Assembly (NCBI GenBank): GCA_963765495.1
Contig: CAVXWP010000016.1
Span: 339,216-403,215 of the forward strand
Direction: 5' to 3'
Length of the DNA stretch: 64,000 nucleotides
Origin: Blastocatellia bacterium
GTDB lineage: Bacteria; Acidobacteriota; Blastocatellia; UBA7656
Both the position numbers and the translations under genes were made by a program. Position 1 is the first letter of the stretch. Each line of letters opens with the position of its first letter. This document shows, one piece after another, positions 41,409-51,968 of the stretch. Under the pieces are notes generated by a model. It saw only the letters and a list, made by a program, of their open reading frames with translations, was not told the origin of the DNA and did no database searches.

Positions 41409-41828
41409 ATGGCTGAAACAATCATGCTGGAGGTAATAACACCAGAACGCAAAGTTTTGGAAATTGAGGTTGATAGAGTTGAGGTTCCCGGGTTCGATGG
41501 AGAACTGGGAATATTGCCTGGTCATACGGAACTCGTATCACAATTAAAGCCTGCGGGACTGCTAACTTACCATAATAAAGGTGAAAAACACGAACTGGCA
41601 ATAAGCGATGGATTTCTGGAAGTCACACCAGACCGAGTAGTGATTCTAGCGAATAGGGCTGAGAAGCCAGAAGAGATTGATCTGGCACGTGCTCTGAGAA
41701 GCAAAGAAGAGGCTGAAAAGAGATTGAAACGCGCGTTGTCAGACCCGGAAGAGGATATGGCAAGCGCCACGGCCGAACTTGAGACTGCATCTATAGAAGT
41801 ACAATTGGCGGAGAAAGCTAGAAAATAA
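41409..41828 (+). CDS. atpC: F0F1 ATP synthase subunit epsilon
   Basis: LEVITPER, GELGILPGH, GFLEV, EEIDLARA. Confidence 0.96.
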   Translation: MAETIMLEVITPERKVLEIEVDRVEVPGFDGELGILPGHTELVSQLKPAGLLTYHNKGEKHELAISDGFLEVTPDRVVILANRAEKPEEIDLARALRSKEEAEKRLKRALSDPEEDMASATAELETASIEVQLAEKARK

Positions 41829-42033
41829 TCAGGGATCGGGTATAGCGATATTCTCTCATACAAGCAGGTGGTATAAATATATCTAAGTAAGCAATATTAC
41901 TGAAAGATTCAATTGAATCTCCTATTAAAGATATGGTAATGTTGCCAGTCTTCGCAACGCGATATTTGGTGACGAGACTCAATGCCTAATTCAGGTCTAT
42001 GATCTTTAATTACAACAACTTGGCGGCTTACAG

Positions 42034-43419
42034 ATGCAAATCGAACTGCTCTCAGCAATACTCTCTGCGATCTCCAAACGGGTGAATCACCAGAGCTTTA
42101 ACACCTGGTTTAAACCGATCTCGTTTGCGACAAAGGATGAAACAACCGTATACCTCAAAGTCCCAAACGAGATTTTCCGGGACTGGATTAGTAGCAACTA
42201 TTTTGATGTTCTGGAGGAATCGCTTGAAGAACTGAAACTGGAAGGCTACAAGGTAAATTTCCTGGTAGAAGAAAAGCAGATTCAGAACCAGCCCAATGGC
42301 CACAAACCAGAAGGATTTGCTTCAAAACCAACAAGAACCATATCGGTTGGTCACGAGGTCTCAAATCTCGGCATTGCCAAGCTGATTGAATTAGAACCTG
42401 TAGAACTACCATTAAACCCGAAATATACATTCAATACATTTGTCGTAGGGTCTTGCAACCAATTCGCGCACGCTGCGGCGCTAGCAGTCGTTGATATGCC
42501 CTCAAAAACCTACAACCCACTTTACATATATGGCGGGGTGGGGCTGGGCAAGACGCATTTGATGCATGCAATCGGGCATTCAATAAAGAGCCGTAACCTC
42601 AATTTACGCTTAACTTACATCTCGTCAGAAAAATTCATGAATGAATTGATCAACGCTATTCGTTATGACAAAACGATTACATTCAGAGACAAATATAGAA
42701 ATATTGATGTTTTATTAATGGATGATATTCAGTTCCTCGCAGGAAAGGAGCGAACACAAGAAGAATTTTTCCATACCTTTAATGCACTGTATGACGCACA
42801 AAAGCAGATAGTTATATCCAGCGATTGCCCTCCAAGGGAGATACCCACTCTGGAAGAGAGACTGCATTCCAGATTTGAATGGGGCTTGATTGCCGATATT
42901 CAGCCACCTGATCTGGAAACAAAGGTTGCAATCCTAAAAAGGAAGGCTGAGATAGAAAAGATCGACCTGCCTGATAATGTAGCCCTGTTTATCGCCAGCA
43001 AAATAAAATCAAACATCAGGGAATTAGAGGGGTCATTAGTAAGGCTTGTGGCTTACGCTTCGTTAAAGGGTCTGCCAATTGGCCTGGATCTGGCACAAGA
43101 GGTACTCAGAAACATTATCGACGAGGAAACCGATGGCATATCAATAGAATTGATACAGAAGACGGTTGCGGGCCATTATGGGCTAAAGATAGGTGACTTA
43201 AAATCTAAGAATAATTCCCGGAGCATAGCAGTTCCCAGACAGGTGGCGATGTATTTATGTAAGTCTCTTACAAAGGCAAGTCTCCCAGAGATTGGCCGCG
43301 AATTTGGCGGCAAGCATCATACAACCGTACTCCATAGCATTAACAAGATTACGCAGCTATATGATAAGGATGCGGTTTTCCACAGACTTATCAACAGCCT
43401 AATTACTGATATAAAATGA
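42034..43419 (+). CDS. dnaA: Chromosomal replication initiator DnaA
   Basis: [45 protein letters not shown]. Confidence 0.99.
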   Translation: MQIELLSAILSAISKRVNHQSFNTWFKPISFATKDETTVYLKVPNEIFRDWISSNYFDVLEESLEELKLEGYKVNFLVEEKQIQNQPNGHKPEGFASKPTRTISVGHEVSNLGIAKLIELEPVELPLNPKYTFNTFVVGSCNQFAHAAALAVVDMPSKTYNPLYIYGGVGLGKTHLMHAIGHSIKSRNLNLRLTYISSEKFMNELINAIRYDKTITFRDKYRNIDVLLMDDIQFLAGKERTQEEFFHTFNALYDAQKQIVISSDCPPREIPTLEERLHSRFEWGLIADIQPPDLETKVAILKRKAEIEKIDLPDNVALFIASKIKSNIRELEGSLVRLVAYASLKGLPIGLDLAQEVLRNIIDEETDGISIELIQKTVAGHYGLKIGDLKSKNNSRSIAVPRQVAMYLCKSLTKASLPEIGREFGGKHHTTVLHSINKITQLYDKDAVFHRLINSLITDIK

Positions 43420-43696
43420 CTTACTTACTTTTTCCACAAATACCCTCTGTGGACCCTATGTGGAACCTGTTGAAAAGTGCTGGACTTACAAAAAGGTTCC
43501 ACAGGGAGTGCGAGTTTCTCACAGTTTTTCCACAGATTTTTACACAGCCTAAAATAGTTATTAACCTTTATAAATCAATGAGATAGGTATATGGGTCCAC
43601 TTTTCCACAGGCACTACTACTACTACTATATCAATCTAGTGTTTAAAATTTAGAATAAATAGTAAAAAGACAAAAAGAATGAGGTGAGGTAAGAAG
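43420..43696. other. Replication origin oriC (dnaA-dnaN intergenic)
   Basis: Cluster of DnaA-box-like 9-mers (ttttccaca repeated, ttttacaca, tgtggaacc), last box 43601..43609, then (ACT)5 DnaA-trio array 43613..43627 and an AT-rich tract. Confidence 0.9.
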
Positions 43697-44818
43697 ATGC
43701 AATTTAGTGTAAGCAAGACCGAGTTACTAAAGGAATTAAACCTTCTTCAGGGAGTGGTTGAGAAAAAAAACACCATTCCGATTCTGTCAAATGTCCTCAT
43801 CGAGACGACAGGCGAATCCAGAATATCGCTTGTAGCCACAGATCTTGATGTATCACTTCAAACCGAGAGCCCGGCCGATGTAACTCATCCCGGTGCGGTC
43901 GTCTTGCAGGCAAGAAAGTTATTCGACATAGTCCGCAATTTGCCTGATGCAGAGATCAATTTCTTTAAAGAAGATAATGACTGGGTCAGGATCAACTGTG
44001 GGGCATCAGAGTTCAAGATCGTAGGGCAGGCAAAGGAGCACTTTCCGACTACTCCAAATTCGGATCAGGAGGGATCAGAAATCTCGGCTCAGACCTTACA
44101 CAACCTGATCAGCCGAACCATTTTTGCGATTACCCAGGAGGAGTCGCGTTATGCGCTGAACGGCTCGCTCTTTCTGTTGAATGATGATGGGTTACAACTG
44201 GTTTCGACGGATGGACATCGATTGGCGCTGGCGACAACGAAACTCGAAAACTCAGCCAGTGGTGCTCAGACAGAAGAGGTAAAGGTCATAATTCCCAGAA
44301 AGGCTTTGGTGGAGTTGTCAAAATTAACAGCGGGCTCGGAGGAAACGCTGAAATTCAATAAGGATGATAATCATCTTTATTTCAGGCTCGGACATCGTCA
44401 ATTAACCTCGCGAATGCTGGCGGGTCAGTTTCCAAACTACGATCTGGTTCTGCCAAAAAATAATGATAAAAAAGTACCTCTTAACGCGGAAAGGATTACA
44501 CAGGCGATAAAGAGAGCGGCGTTGATGGCGGATGAAAGAAGCCACGGGGTGAAACTCGACCTGAGCACAGGCAGATTGAACATAACCTCTCAGAGCGCCG
44601 ATGTTGGCGAAGCAAAAGAGGCAATACCTGTAGATTACGAAGGCGATCAGATGAGCATCGGATTCAATGCCCAGTACCTTTTAGATTTTTTGAGTGTGGT
44701 GGGAACCGAAGAAGTATTATTCGAGCTGAAGGATGAGCAGAGTCCGGCATTAATAAGACCATCGGGTGAAACTCAATACGATTACAAATGTGTCGTCATG
44801 CCCATGCGCTTACTATAG
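43697..44818 (+). CDS. dnaN: DNA polymerase III beta clamp
   Basis: TIPILSNV, ATDLD, STDGHRLA, FPNY, GFNAQYLLD, VMPMRL. Confidence 0.98.
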   Translation: MQFSVSKTELLKELNLLQGVVEKKNTIPILSNVLIETTGESRISLVATDLDVSLQTESPADVTHPGAVVLQARKLFDIVRNLPDAEINFFKEDNDWVRINCGASEFKIVGQAKEHFPTTPNSDQEGSEISAQTLHNLISRTIFAITQEESRYALNGSLFLLNDDGLQLVSTDGHRLALATTKLENSASGAQTEEVKVIIPRKALVELSKLTAGSEETLKFNKDDNHLYFRLGHRQLTSRMLAGQFPNYDLVLPKNNDKKVPLNAERITQAIKRAALMADERSHGVKLDLSTGRLNITSQSADVGEAKEAIPVDYEGDQMSIGFNAQYLLDFLSVVGTEEVLFELKDEQSPALIRPSGETQYDYKCVVMPMRLL

Positions 44819-44873
44819 AAGAGATCGAGCACAAGAACCGCATCCAGACAAAGGTAAGGATCAGGAAAACAAA

Positions 44874-45575
44874 ATGGCCGGCAGAAGAATTCTAATAGTA
44901 GATGACAACAAATCTATTCGAACGATGGTCGCAGATTATCTGAGGGCCAGAGATTACGATGTGATCGAAGCCTCGGATGGTATTCAGGGTCTGGATCGTG
45001 GGCTATCTACTTCGCCAAATATAATTCTGCTGGATGTCGTTATGCCCGGCATAGATGGATTCAAGCTTTGTCAATTACTTCGGCAAAAAGGCGTACAGGC
45101 ACCAATAATCATGCTAACTGAAAGAGCCAGCCTTGAAGATAAAGTCACAGGCTTTTCATTTGGGGCGGACGATTATCTGGCGAAGCCTTTTTCCACGCTT
45201 GAATTGGAGATGCGTATACAGGCTTTGCTCAGACGTACATCGGGAGAACCGCAACAGCCACAGGCAAAGGTCATAAAACACGGAGACCTTGAGATTGATC
45301 TGGATCGTCATATAGTCGCCATTAACGGCAATGAGGTGCCACTCACCCCGATAGAGTTCGATATTCTTAAACTGCTGGCCTCCACACCCGGGTATGTATA
45401 TTCACGGCAGGATTTATTGAGCGTGATCTGGGACACCGCCTATGAGGGTTACAAACGAAATATTGACCCGCATGTGAACAGACTGAGGACAAAGATAGAA
45501 GAAAATCCCAAAAAGCCGAAATATGTCCTTACGGTCTGGGGAGTAGGCTACAAGTTCAACGAGACGCTAGGTTGA
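44874..45575 (+). CDS. OmpR-family response regulator (no adjacent kinase)
   Basis: ILIVDD, LLDVVMPGIDG, GADDYLAKPF, LTPIEF, LRTKIE, TVWGVGYKF. Confidence 0.93.
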   Translation: MAGRRILIVDDNKSIRTMVADYLRARDYDVIEASDGIQGLDRGLSTSPNIILLDVVMPGIDGFKLCQLLRQKGVQAPIIMLTERASLEDKVTGFSFGADDYLAKPFSTLELEMRIQALLRRTSGEPQQPQAKVIKHGDLEIDLDRHIVAINGNEVPLTPIEFDILKLLASTPGYVYSRQDLLSVIWDTAYEGYKRNIDPHVNRLRTKIEENPKKPKYVLTVWGVGYKFNETLG

Positions 45576-45796
45576 GCCATATCGATATTTTTAATGTTTT
45601 TGAGAGGTATCTTTCATCCTTTTTTCTACCGATTATGCCCGATTGAATTTGTCTCTTCTAAAATAAGCCCCTTATAAATTTTATTGAATAACGGCTCGCA
45701 AATCGGGGGCTTTCTTTGTCTCAGGCGGCTGTCCATTGCCGCAGGTTTTATGATGTTGTATGCTTACAAGAGCGAATTTGGTCAGGCGAGCATGCA

Positions 45797-46810
45797 ATGT
45801 ACGATCTGATAATAATAGGCAGCGGGCCTTCGGGGCTGGCAGCAGCCCTAACAGCAAAACGTAAGGGAATTGATTACATCGTGATTGAGCGAGGTGTCAT
45901 AGCAAATACGCTTTATCACTACCCAATCGGCAGGCCACTATTTTCAACATCGAATGAAGTGGAACTGGTCCCGGGTGGGCTTCCCTCCGATACCAAGCCA
46001 ACTCGTGAAGATGTTCTCACGCATTATACAAACGTCATTGCCACGGAACAGATAAATATTCATATAAATGAAGAAGTGCAACATATATCTCGTAATGAGC
46101 GAGGCTTTCTGATAGAGACGGATAAAGATGTCTACAAGACGCGAAAGGTACTTGTGGCAATCGGCGGATTTGGGAACCAGAGAAGACTGGATGTTCCGGG
46201 GGAAGATTCCTCTCGCGTCTCTTATGGATTTTCTGAGGCGCATCCCTTTGCGCTCAAATCCGTGCTCGTAGTCGGGGGAGGCAATTCCGCAGCGGAGGCG
46301 TCATTGTTTCTCGCTGAGGCAGGGGCGAGAGTGACTCTTTCGCTTCGCCGCCCGTCGCTCGATATTGACACTCGGGAAGCTGTCTCGACCGGAGGGATTC
46401 AACGCGCAAAGATAAAACCCTGGGTGCTTGAGCCTCTTGAGCGCGCCGCAAGCGAGGGTCAGATTAAAATACTTACTTCATCGGAGGTCATCGAAATTCT
46501 TCCTCGATCCGTCCTTTTGAGCATCGAGCGAGACGGGCGGAAAGAGAAGATAGAAATTCCCTGTGATCATGTATTCGCTCTTATTGGAGCAGACCCGGAT
46601 ACGAGATTGCTCGAAGACGCGGGCGCGGAGATAGCCCCGGATGGCCGACCCGCCTACAATGCTGAAACTTACGAAACAACCGTATCTGGTCTGTATGTGG
46701 CCGGACATATCACACGCGAGCCGCATATGAAGAGCGCCAAACAGGTAGCAAAACATGCCGTTCAAGCTATAGCGGCGAGTTTATCGGATGGGCCTATTTC
46801 AAACTTGTAA
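45797..46810 (+). CDS. YpdA/TrxB-like FAD-dependent oxidoreductase
   Basis: IIGSGPSGL, VVGGGNSAAE, TYETTVSGLYVAG; no CxxC. Confidence 0.8.
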   Translation: MYDLIIIGSGPSGLAAALTAKRKGIDYIVIERGVIANTLYHYPIGRPLFSTSNEVELVPGGLPSDTKPTREDVLTHYTNVIATEQINIHINEEVQHISRNERGFLIETDKDVYKTRKVLVAIGGFGNQRRLDVPGEDSSRVSYGFSEAHPFALKSVLVVGGGNSAAEASLFLAEAGARVTLSLRRPSLDIDTREAVSTGGIQRAKIKPWVLEPLERAASEGQIKILTSSEVIEILPRSVLLSIERDGRKEKIEIPCDHVFALIGADPDTRLLEDAGAEIAPDGRPAYNAETYETTVSGLYVAGHITREPHMKSAKQVAKHAVQAIAASLSDGPISNL

Positions 46811-46866
46811 GGCAGCGCGCAGTTTGTTATTGAACGCCGAATTAATCTGAATTGAGTCTGTAAGTA

Positions 46867-48564
46867 ATGGAGACCTTGCCAAAACAACAGATAGCAGCCG
46901 AAGAGAGCACCGGCACACTGCACAGGTCCAAGCGCAGGCCGGGCGTGCCGTGGCGTTTGCTTGCAGCAGGTTCTGCCTTGTTGCTCATCTTGCTTACCGT
47001 TGCCGGCGTTTATCTTGTCACCAGACGGCCTTCGACCGTTGATTACCTTGTGATTTTGACCGTGCCATCGGGTGCCGATATAAAGCTTAACAACAAAGAT
47101 TACGGCCACTCGCCCGTAAAGCTCGAACAGGTTGAGAAGGGGAATTACACCCTGACCATCACAAAAGAAGGATTCGAGCCAATAGTAAACGAGATAAATA
47201 TTGCCGAATCTCAGCCCCTGGAATTCAAACTCACACCCGTAAAACCAAAAGAGGCTCTGGGGCTTTCAAGAGAGGAGGAAATAGAGTATTACAAGCAGCA
47301 GGCACAACAGGCTTTCAACCGGGGAGTATACGGGCTGAATGAAGAGGGCGCGCTCTATTACGTAGACAGCATACTCGGCTTTGATCCGGCGAACCAGTTC
47401 GCCGTTGACATGAGGGAAAACATACGCCAGGCGCTTCATAAATCGGCGCAGACTGCGCTTGCTCGCGGAGATTTTGCACAGGCTCAGGATACTTATACTC
47501 TGTTGCTTGATTACTATCCTCACGATGAAGAGGCAAAGGCGGCGGCGGCAAGACTTGAATCTCAACTGGCGTCTCGACGGGGGGAAGTCAGAGGGCTTGT
47601 GCGCAAAGCCGAAGATGCGTTGCAGGCAAACGATCTGATCGACCCGCCGAGGGAGAGCGCTTACTATTACTCGAAGCAGGCGCTCGCTATTGATCGCCAG
47701 AATTCCCAGGCGCGAGCGGTTCGCAACAAGGTTAAAGATAAACTCACGGCAACCGTAAATCAGATTATATCTCGCGGGGATGAAGCTGCGGCCATAAAAC
47801 AATTGCAGAGGATTATTCAGCTTTTTCCCGAGGAAAAACAGTTCCGGTCGCAGTTACGCCAAATTGAAGAGAGCAAATCGGAAGAGGTCGCCCGCACAAA
47901 CGATCCGAATAGTCGCCGCATAGAAGGGCTGAACAAGTATCGCCACCTGGATTACGCCGAGGCCATACCAGACCTTGAATATGCGGTTGTAAACGGAAGA
48001 TCAACCCCTGATGTGATATTTGCACTTGCGCGTTCCTATATGAGCATAGGCCGGCTTGACGAGGCCGCATCCTATTTTCGAAAGGTTCCAAAGGTCGTCG
48101 GCGACGAATACAGATCATCCATCGCTTCGCTCGGAGATATTGCGATGGCACGTGGAAACAACGCGGCGGCGCTTGACCACTACAAGGAAGCGCGGCAGCT
48201 TGGCGGAAGCGTTTTGTATCCGATAGGAACTCTCGACGATAAGATAGAGAGGATTGAGAAGCAGCAACGCGAGAAGGCTGCCGAACCAACCCCGGTAACG
48301 ATTCAAGTGAAACATCTGCATGGCGGCGTGTTTGGCGGGTCTTGCCGTGGCACTTTGACAGTTAATTCAACCGGTGTGCGCTACGACGGGAGCGAGCACG
48401 TCTTTTCGGCTAATTTCGTTGGTGTAAGTGTGCGAACGAGCAAGGATGAGATGAGCATCCAGTTTCAGAATAAAACGGAAAAATTCAAGACCACGCGATC
48501 TGATGCCGAGCGATTCAAAGAAGCTCTCGCCAAATATCAGGGAACCGTATCCATCAACAGGTGA
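46867..48564 (+). CDS. Membrane-anchored PEGA-domain and TPR protein
   Basis: N-terminal TM, TVPSGADIKLN..GHSPV..GNYTLTITKEGF (PEGA), TPR-like repeats. Confidence 0.8.
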   Translation: METLPKQQIAAEESTGTLHRSKRRPGVPWRLLAAGSALLLILLTVAGVYLVTRRPSTVDYLVILTVPSGADIKLNNKDYGHSPVKLEQVEKGNYTLTITKEGFEPIVNEINIAESQPLEFKLTPVKPKEALGLSREEEIEYYKQQAQQAFNRGVYGLNEEGALYYVDSILGFDPANQFAVDMRENIRQALHKSAQTALARGDFAQAQDTYTLLLDYYPHDEEAKAAAARLESQLASRRGEVRGLVRKAEDALQANDLIDPPRESAYYYSKQALAIDRQNSQARAVRNKVKDKLTATVNQIISRGDEAAAIKQLQRIIQLFPEEKQFRSQLRQIEESKSEEVARTNDPNSRRIEGLNKYRHLDYAEAIPDLEYAVVNGRSTPDVIFALARSYMSIGRLDEAASYFRKVPKVVGDEYRSSIASLGDIAMARGNNAAALDHYKEARQLGGSVLYPIGTLDDKIERIEKQQREKAAEPTPVTIQVKHLHGGVFGGSCRGTLTVNSTGVRYDGSEHVFSANFVGVSVRTSKDEMSIQFQNKTEKFKTTRSDAERFKEALAKYQGTVSINR

Positions 48565-48599
48565 GCCGCCTCAAACACTCGCTTTGAATAATAGACGCG

Positions 48600-49931
48600 T
48601 TACACGCTGCTCTCTGCCCGGCTTTCCTCGTCGCATTCTCCGACGAGCCGCGAGATTTCATCCGTCACTTCAACCGGAAAACAGATTCGATCTATGCGAT
48701 AGCCGCGCATTCCTCGCACCACATCCGATACTTCGCTGATCTCTCGCACTTCCTGATGGGGCCAGCCCGTCTCGATGTAAATCAGGCTCTTCGGGTCAAC
48801 GCCCACAGGAGAGTAATAACCGTAATAAGGAATATCGGCCGCGCGGTCCATAATCAGATAATACTCAGGATCGAGCCCGGCTCTCTCTACCACTTCACGC
48901 GCACGCGCCCAAAACCTATCGGCGCTTTCGCCCACCAGGTTTAAATCCAGCGCCTTAAATAGCTTTCTGTGAATGAATCTCGTGGCGAGGTCCGCCAGCA
49001 CCGTGTCGCGCTCGTGCGTCCATTGTTTGAGATGGAAAGTTACATCCGTGTCATCGAGTTGCAAATACTCGATTGTTGAGACCCCTTCTCCGAGCAGCAT
49101 CTTTTCAAATACCTGTCCGCGCATTCTGAAACTCAGTTCGTCGCGAAGCATCAATTCTCTGGCGCGCTTGAGCGTAGAGACCAGCACCGCTTCAGCCGAT
49201 CTCAGAGTCCTGTGGAAATAGACCTGTCGAAACATGTAGTAGCGCGCCTGTAGATATTCTTCCACCGCGTAAAGCCCCTTCCACTCCACGTAAACGCGAT
49301 TTGACTGCTCGTCAATTTTGAGCGCGTGCAGCACCCATTCCAGATCATAGATACCATATTTTGCGCCGGTCATAAGACTGTCGCGAAGCAGGTAATCCAT
49401 GCGGTCACAATCGAGTTGCGATGATACGAGCTGGGATATAAACCCGGGGGTGTAGTCGTGATTAAAGAGCGAGGCGAGCCATTCAGGCAATCGAGAGTCA
49501 AACCTGCTGAGCACGCGATTCACTTCCGTGCTTTCATCGAGTATTATGCGACGGCTCCAATCTTCGTGGTGAAAGTGAAACACCTTTTCTATGACGTGCG
49601 AAAAAGGGCCGTGGCCAAGGTCATGAAGCAACGCCCCTGCGCGCCCGACAAGTCGCGCCTCTTCGCTGATATTGTGCCGCGCGCCAAGCAGGTTGAGCGC
49701 GCGCGTCATAAGATGCATAACGCCTATCGAATGAGTGAAACGGCTGTGTTCCGCGCCCTGATAGGTAAACATTGCAAGGCCGAGTTGTTTGATCCGGCGG
49801 AGCCTTTGAAACTCTGCCGAATCTATTAATTCGACCATCAGGCGATCATCTCTGACTGATTCGTCAAGCGAGATCATGTTATGAAGAGGGTCGCGATAAT
49901 TTCGCTGAGACAATACAAACCTCCAGTTCAA
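48600..49931 (-). CDS. HD-domain phosphohydrolase (dNTP triphosphohydrolase-like)
   Basis: [48 protein letters not shown]. Confidence 0.92.
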   Translation of the reverse strand: MNWRFVLSQRNYRDPLHNMISLDESVRDDRLMVELIDSAEFQRLRRIKQLGLAMFTYQGAEHSRFTHSIGVMHLMTRALNLLGARHNISEEARLVGRAGALLHDLGHGPFSHVIEKVFHFHHEDWSRRIILDESTEVNRVLSRFDSRLPEWLASLFNHDYTPGFISQLVSSQLDCDRMDYLLRDSLMTGAKYGIYDLEWVLHALKIDEQSNRVYVEWKGLYAVEEYLQARYYMFRQVYFHRTLRSAEAVLVSTLKRARELMLRDELSFRMRGQVFEKMLLGEGVSTIEYLQLDDTDVTFHLKQWTHERDTVLADLATRFIHRKLFKALDLNLVGESADRFWARAREVVERAGLDPEYYLIMDRAADIPYYGYYSPVGVDPKSLIYIETGWPHQEVREISEVSDVVRGMRGYRIDRICFPVEVTDEISRLVGECDEESRAESSV

Positions 49932-49948
49932 GACCTGTCATCGGGTGT

Positions 49949-50728
49949 TTATATCTGGCTGCCAAGCAGGTCGCCGAGTTTCCTGCGGCAACCCCGGCTG
50001 AGCATCAACTGTGTGCCGTCGCGCAGGATGACCCTGTACTCGCCATGAAACCAGGGTTCAAGCTCTCGTACACGATCAATGTTGACGATGGTTGAGCGAT
50101 GTATACGCAAAAATCTTTTTGGATCAAGCTGCGCTTCGAGACCGCTTATGGCTTCGCGCAACAGGTATGACTCTTTGCCTACGTGCAGGCGCACATATTT
50201 GCCCTCGGCCTCTATCCAGTCAATCTCTTCGCATTTGAGAAAAAAGACTCGCCCGCCCGCCTTTATTACCAGCCGCCCCGTGTAACTCGACTTTGCCTTG
50301 ATCTCTTCGAGCAGGGCGATGGTGCGCTGGCTGAACTGGCTTCCTTTCTCGTTGTGTATGCGATTCTTTGCCCGTTCCAGCGCCTTATTGAATCGCCGCC
50401 GGTCGAAAGGTTTAAGCAGGTAATCCAGAGCGTAGACATCAAAGGCTTGCAGGGCGTAGCGGTCGTGTGCGGTCACAAAAATAACAAGCGGCATCTCTTC
50501 CGAGTCTATCGCCTCAAGTACGGCGAAACCGTCAATTTCGGGCATCTGCACATCCAGAAAAACAAGATCGGGCGACAGGTCCTTGATAGCTTGAATTGCA
50601 TCGCGTCCGTTGGCGCAATCTCCGACAATCTCTATATCGGAGTCGCTACTTAACATCGTGCGAATCCTTTTGCGAGCCAGAGGTTCGTCGTCAACGATCA
50701 GCACCCGCGTTTTTACATGTGCAGTCAT
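49949..50728 (-). CDS. LytTR-family response regulator
   Basis: VDDEPLAR, FLDVQMP, DYLLKPF, FLRIHRSTIVN. Confidence 0.95.
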   Translation of the reverse strand: MTAHVKTRVLIVDDEPLARKRIRTMLSSDSDIEIVGDCANGRDAIQAIKDLSPDLVFLDVQMPEIDGFAVLEAIDSEEMPLVIFVTAHDRYALQAFDVYALDYLLKPFDRRRFNKALERAKNRIHNEKGSQFSQRTIALLEEIKAKSSYTGRLVIKAGGRVFFLKCEEIDWIEAEGKYVRLHVGKESYLLREAISGLEAQLDPKRFLRIHRSTIVNIDRVRELEPWFHGEYRVILRDGTQLMLSRGCRRKLGDLLGSQI

Positions 50729-51894
50729 CCGAAAGCCACTCTCTCTTTTGCTCCCAGAACGGATCGACCCTGAACAGGGATCATCAATCTGACTCGCAAC
50801 CCGCCTCCCGGGGCGTCTCTCATTTCCAGGCTACAGGCCGCACCGTAGAGTTGCTGCAATCGCGCTCGCGTGTTTGCCAGCCCCAGACCTTCTTTGAACT
50901 TTCTTCCCGATGAATCCTCTTGCCTCAGTCCGCACCCGTTGTCGGTCACTTCTAGAAACAGAGCGCCCGATTCGAGTTTCGATTTTATCACCAGACAACC
51001 GGGGGTCGAGCGCGGCGCTATGCCGTGCCGTATGGCATTTTCGACTATAGGCTGAAGGATCAGATTCGGCACGTGGAGGTAAAGCGTTTCTGGGTCAATC
51101 TCTATACGCACGCTCAGGCGGTCCTGGAATCGAACGCGCTCTATTTCCAGATAACATCTTAAAAATTCCAGTTCTTCCTGAAGCGTTATTTCCTGCGCGC
51201 CGGAATTCTCAAGCGTCATCCGAAGAAAATCGCCCAGCCGCGTAAGCATTTCGTCGGCGGCTTCAACGTCGTCATCAAGCAGCGCCGAAATCGAGTTAAG
51301 CGTGTTGAACAAAAAGTGCGGATGCAACTGCATCTTCAATGCTTCCAGTTGCGCTTGTGTCACCTGCAACTGCGCTTCGGCCAGCTTCGCTTTCAGGTGC
51401 GATGCCTTCAATTCCTCCTGGTGATAACGATTGTAATAATCCACAGCGTAGCTCACGAGCAATACGGTTCCATAGCTCATGAAACCGGTCGGGAGATTGA
51501 AGAAGAAAAGAAATTTGTAAAGCTCGCCTATAGAAGACATCTCACGATAAGCGACGACATTGAGCAGCCAGCCTGTAATGAGATAGATGGCTCTGTGTGT
51601 GATCAGCAGTATCAGGAAGGCGGACAGATGAACGAAGAACGTTCGAATCCGGTGTCGGCGGTCAAATCGAAAACGTCGCGTAATCCAGAAAATAAGCGGT
51701 GAGAGAGCCGCCCACAAAATCCAGTAAGGAATCTCCCAGATCATCATCTCCGCAAGTGTAGGCTGTTTCTTGAAAATGGCGACATAGTGATCAGCATAAA
51801 GATAATAGTTGAGCGTAAACGACAGACCGATCAGTATCCACCCTCCCGCAACCGTTACCCACAGCATCCAGCGACGATTCAAAACCGACGACAT
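50725..51894 (-). CDS. LytS-type sensor histidine kinase
   Basis: N-terminal TMs, QLHPHFLFNTLN, QPIVENAIRHG, DNGCG, GLGLAN. Confidence 0.94.
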   Translation of the reverse strand: MSSVLNRRWMLWVTVAGGWILIGLSFTLNYYLYADHYVAIFKKQPTLAEMMIWEIPYWILWAALSPLIFWITRRFRFDRRHRIRTFFVHLSAFLILLITHRAIYLITGWLLNVVAYREMSSIGELYKFLFFFNLPTGFMSYGTVLLVSYAVDYYNRYHQEELKASHLKAKLAEAQLQVTQAQLEALKMQLHPHFLFNTLNSISALLDDDVEAADEMLTRLGDFLRMTLENSGAQEITLQEELEFLRCYLEIERVRFQDRLSVRIEIDPETLYLHVPNLILQPIVENAIRHGIAPRSTPGCLVIKSKLESGALFLEVTDNGCGLRQEDSSGRKFKEGLGLANTRARLQQLYGAACSLEMRDAPGGGLRVRLMIPVQGRSVLGAKERVAFG

Positions 51895-51968
51895 ATTTCG
51901 GCCTCATTTCATAAATATCGATTCCATAATGATAGCGCGAAATCAAGGATACGAGCAGGGATTTTGTT

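Noticed and set aside
48600-49931. HD-domain protein as an antiphage dNTPase
   Set aside because: Resembles the widespread housekeeping family and lies outside the att-bounded islands
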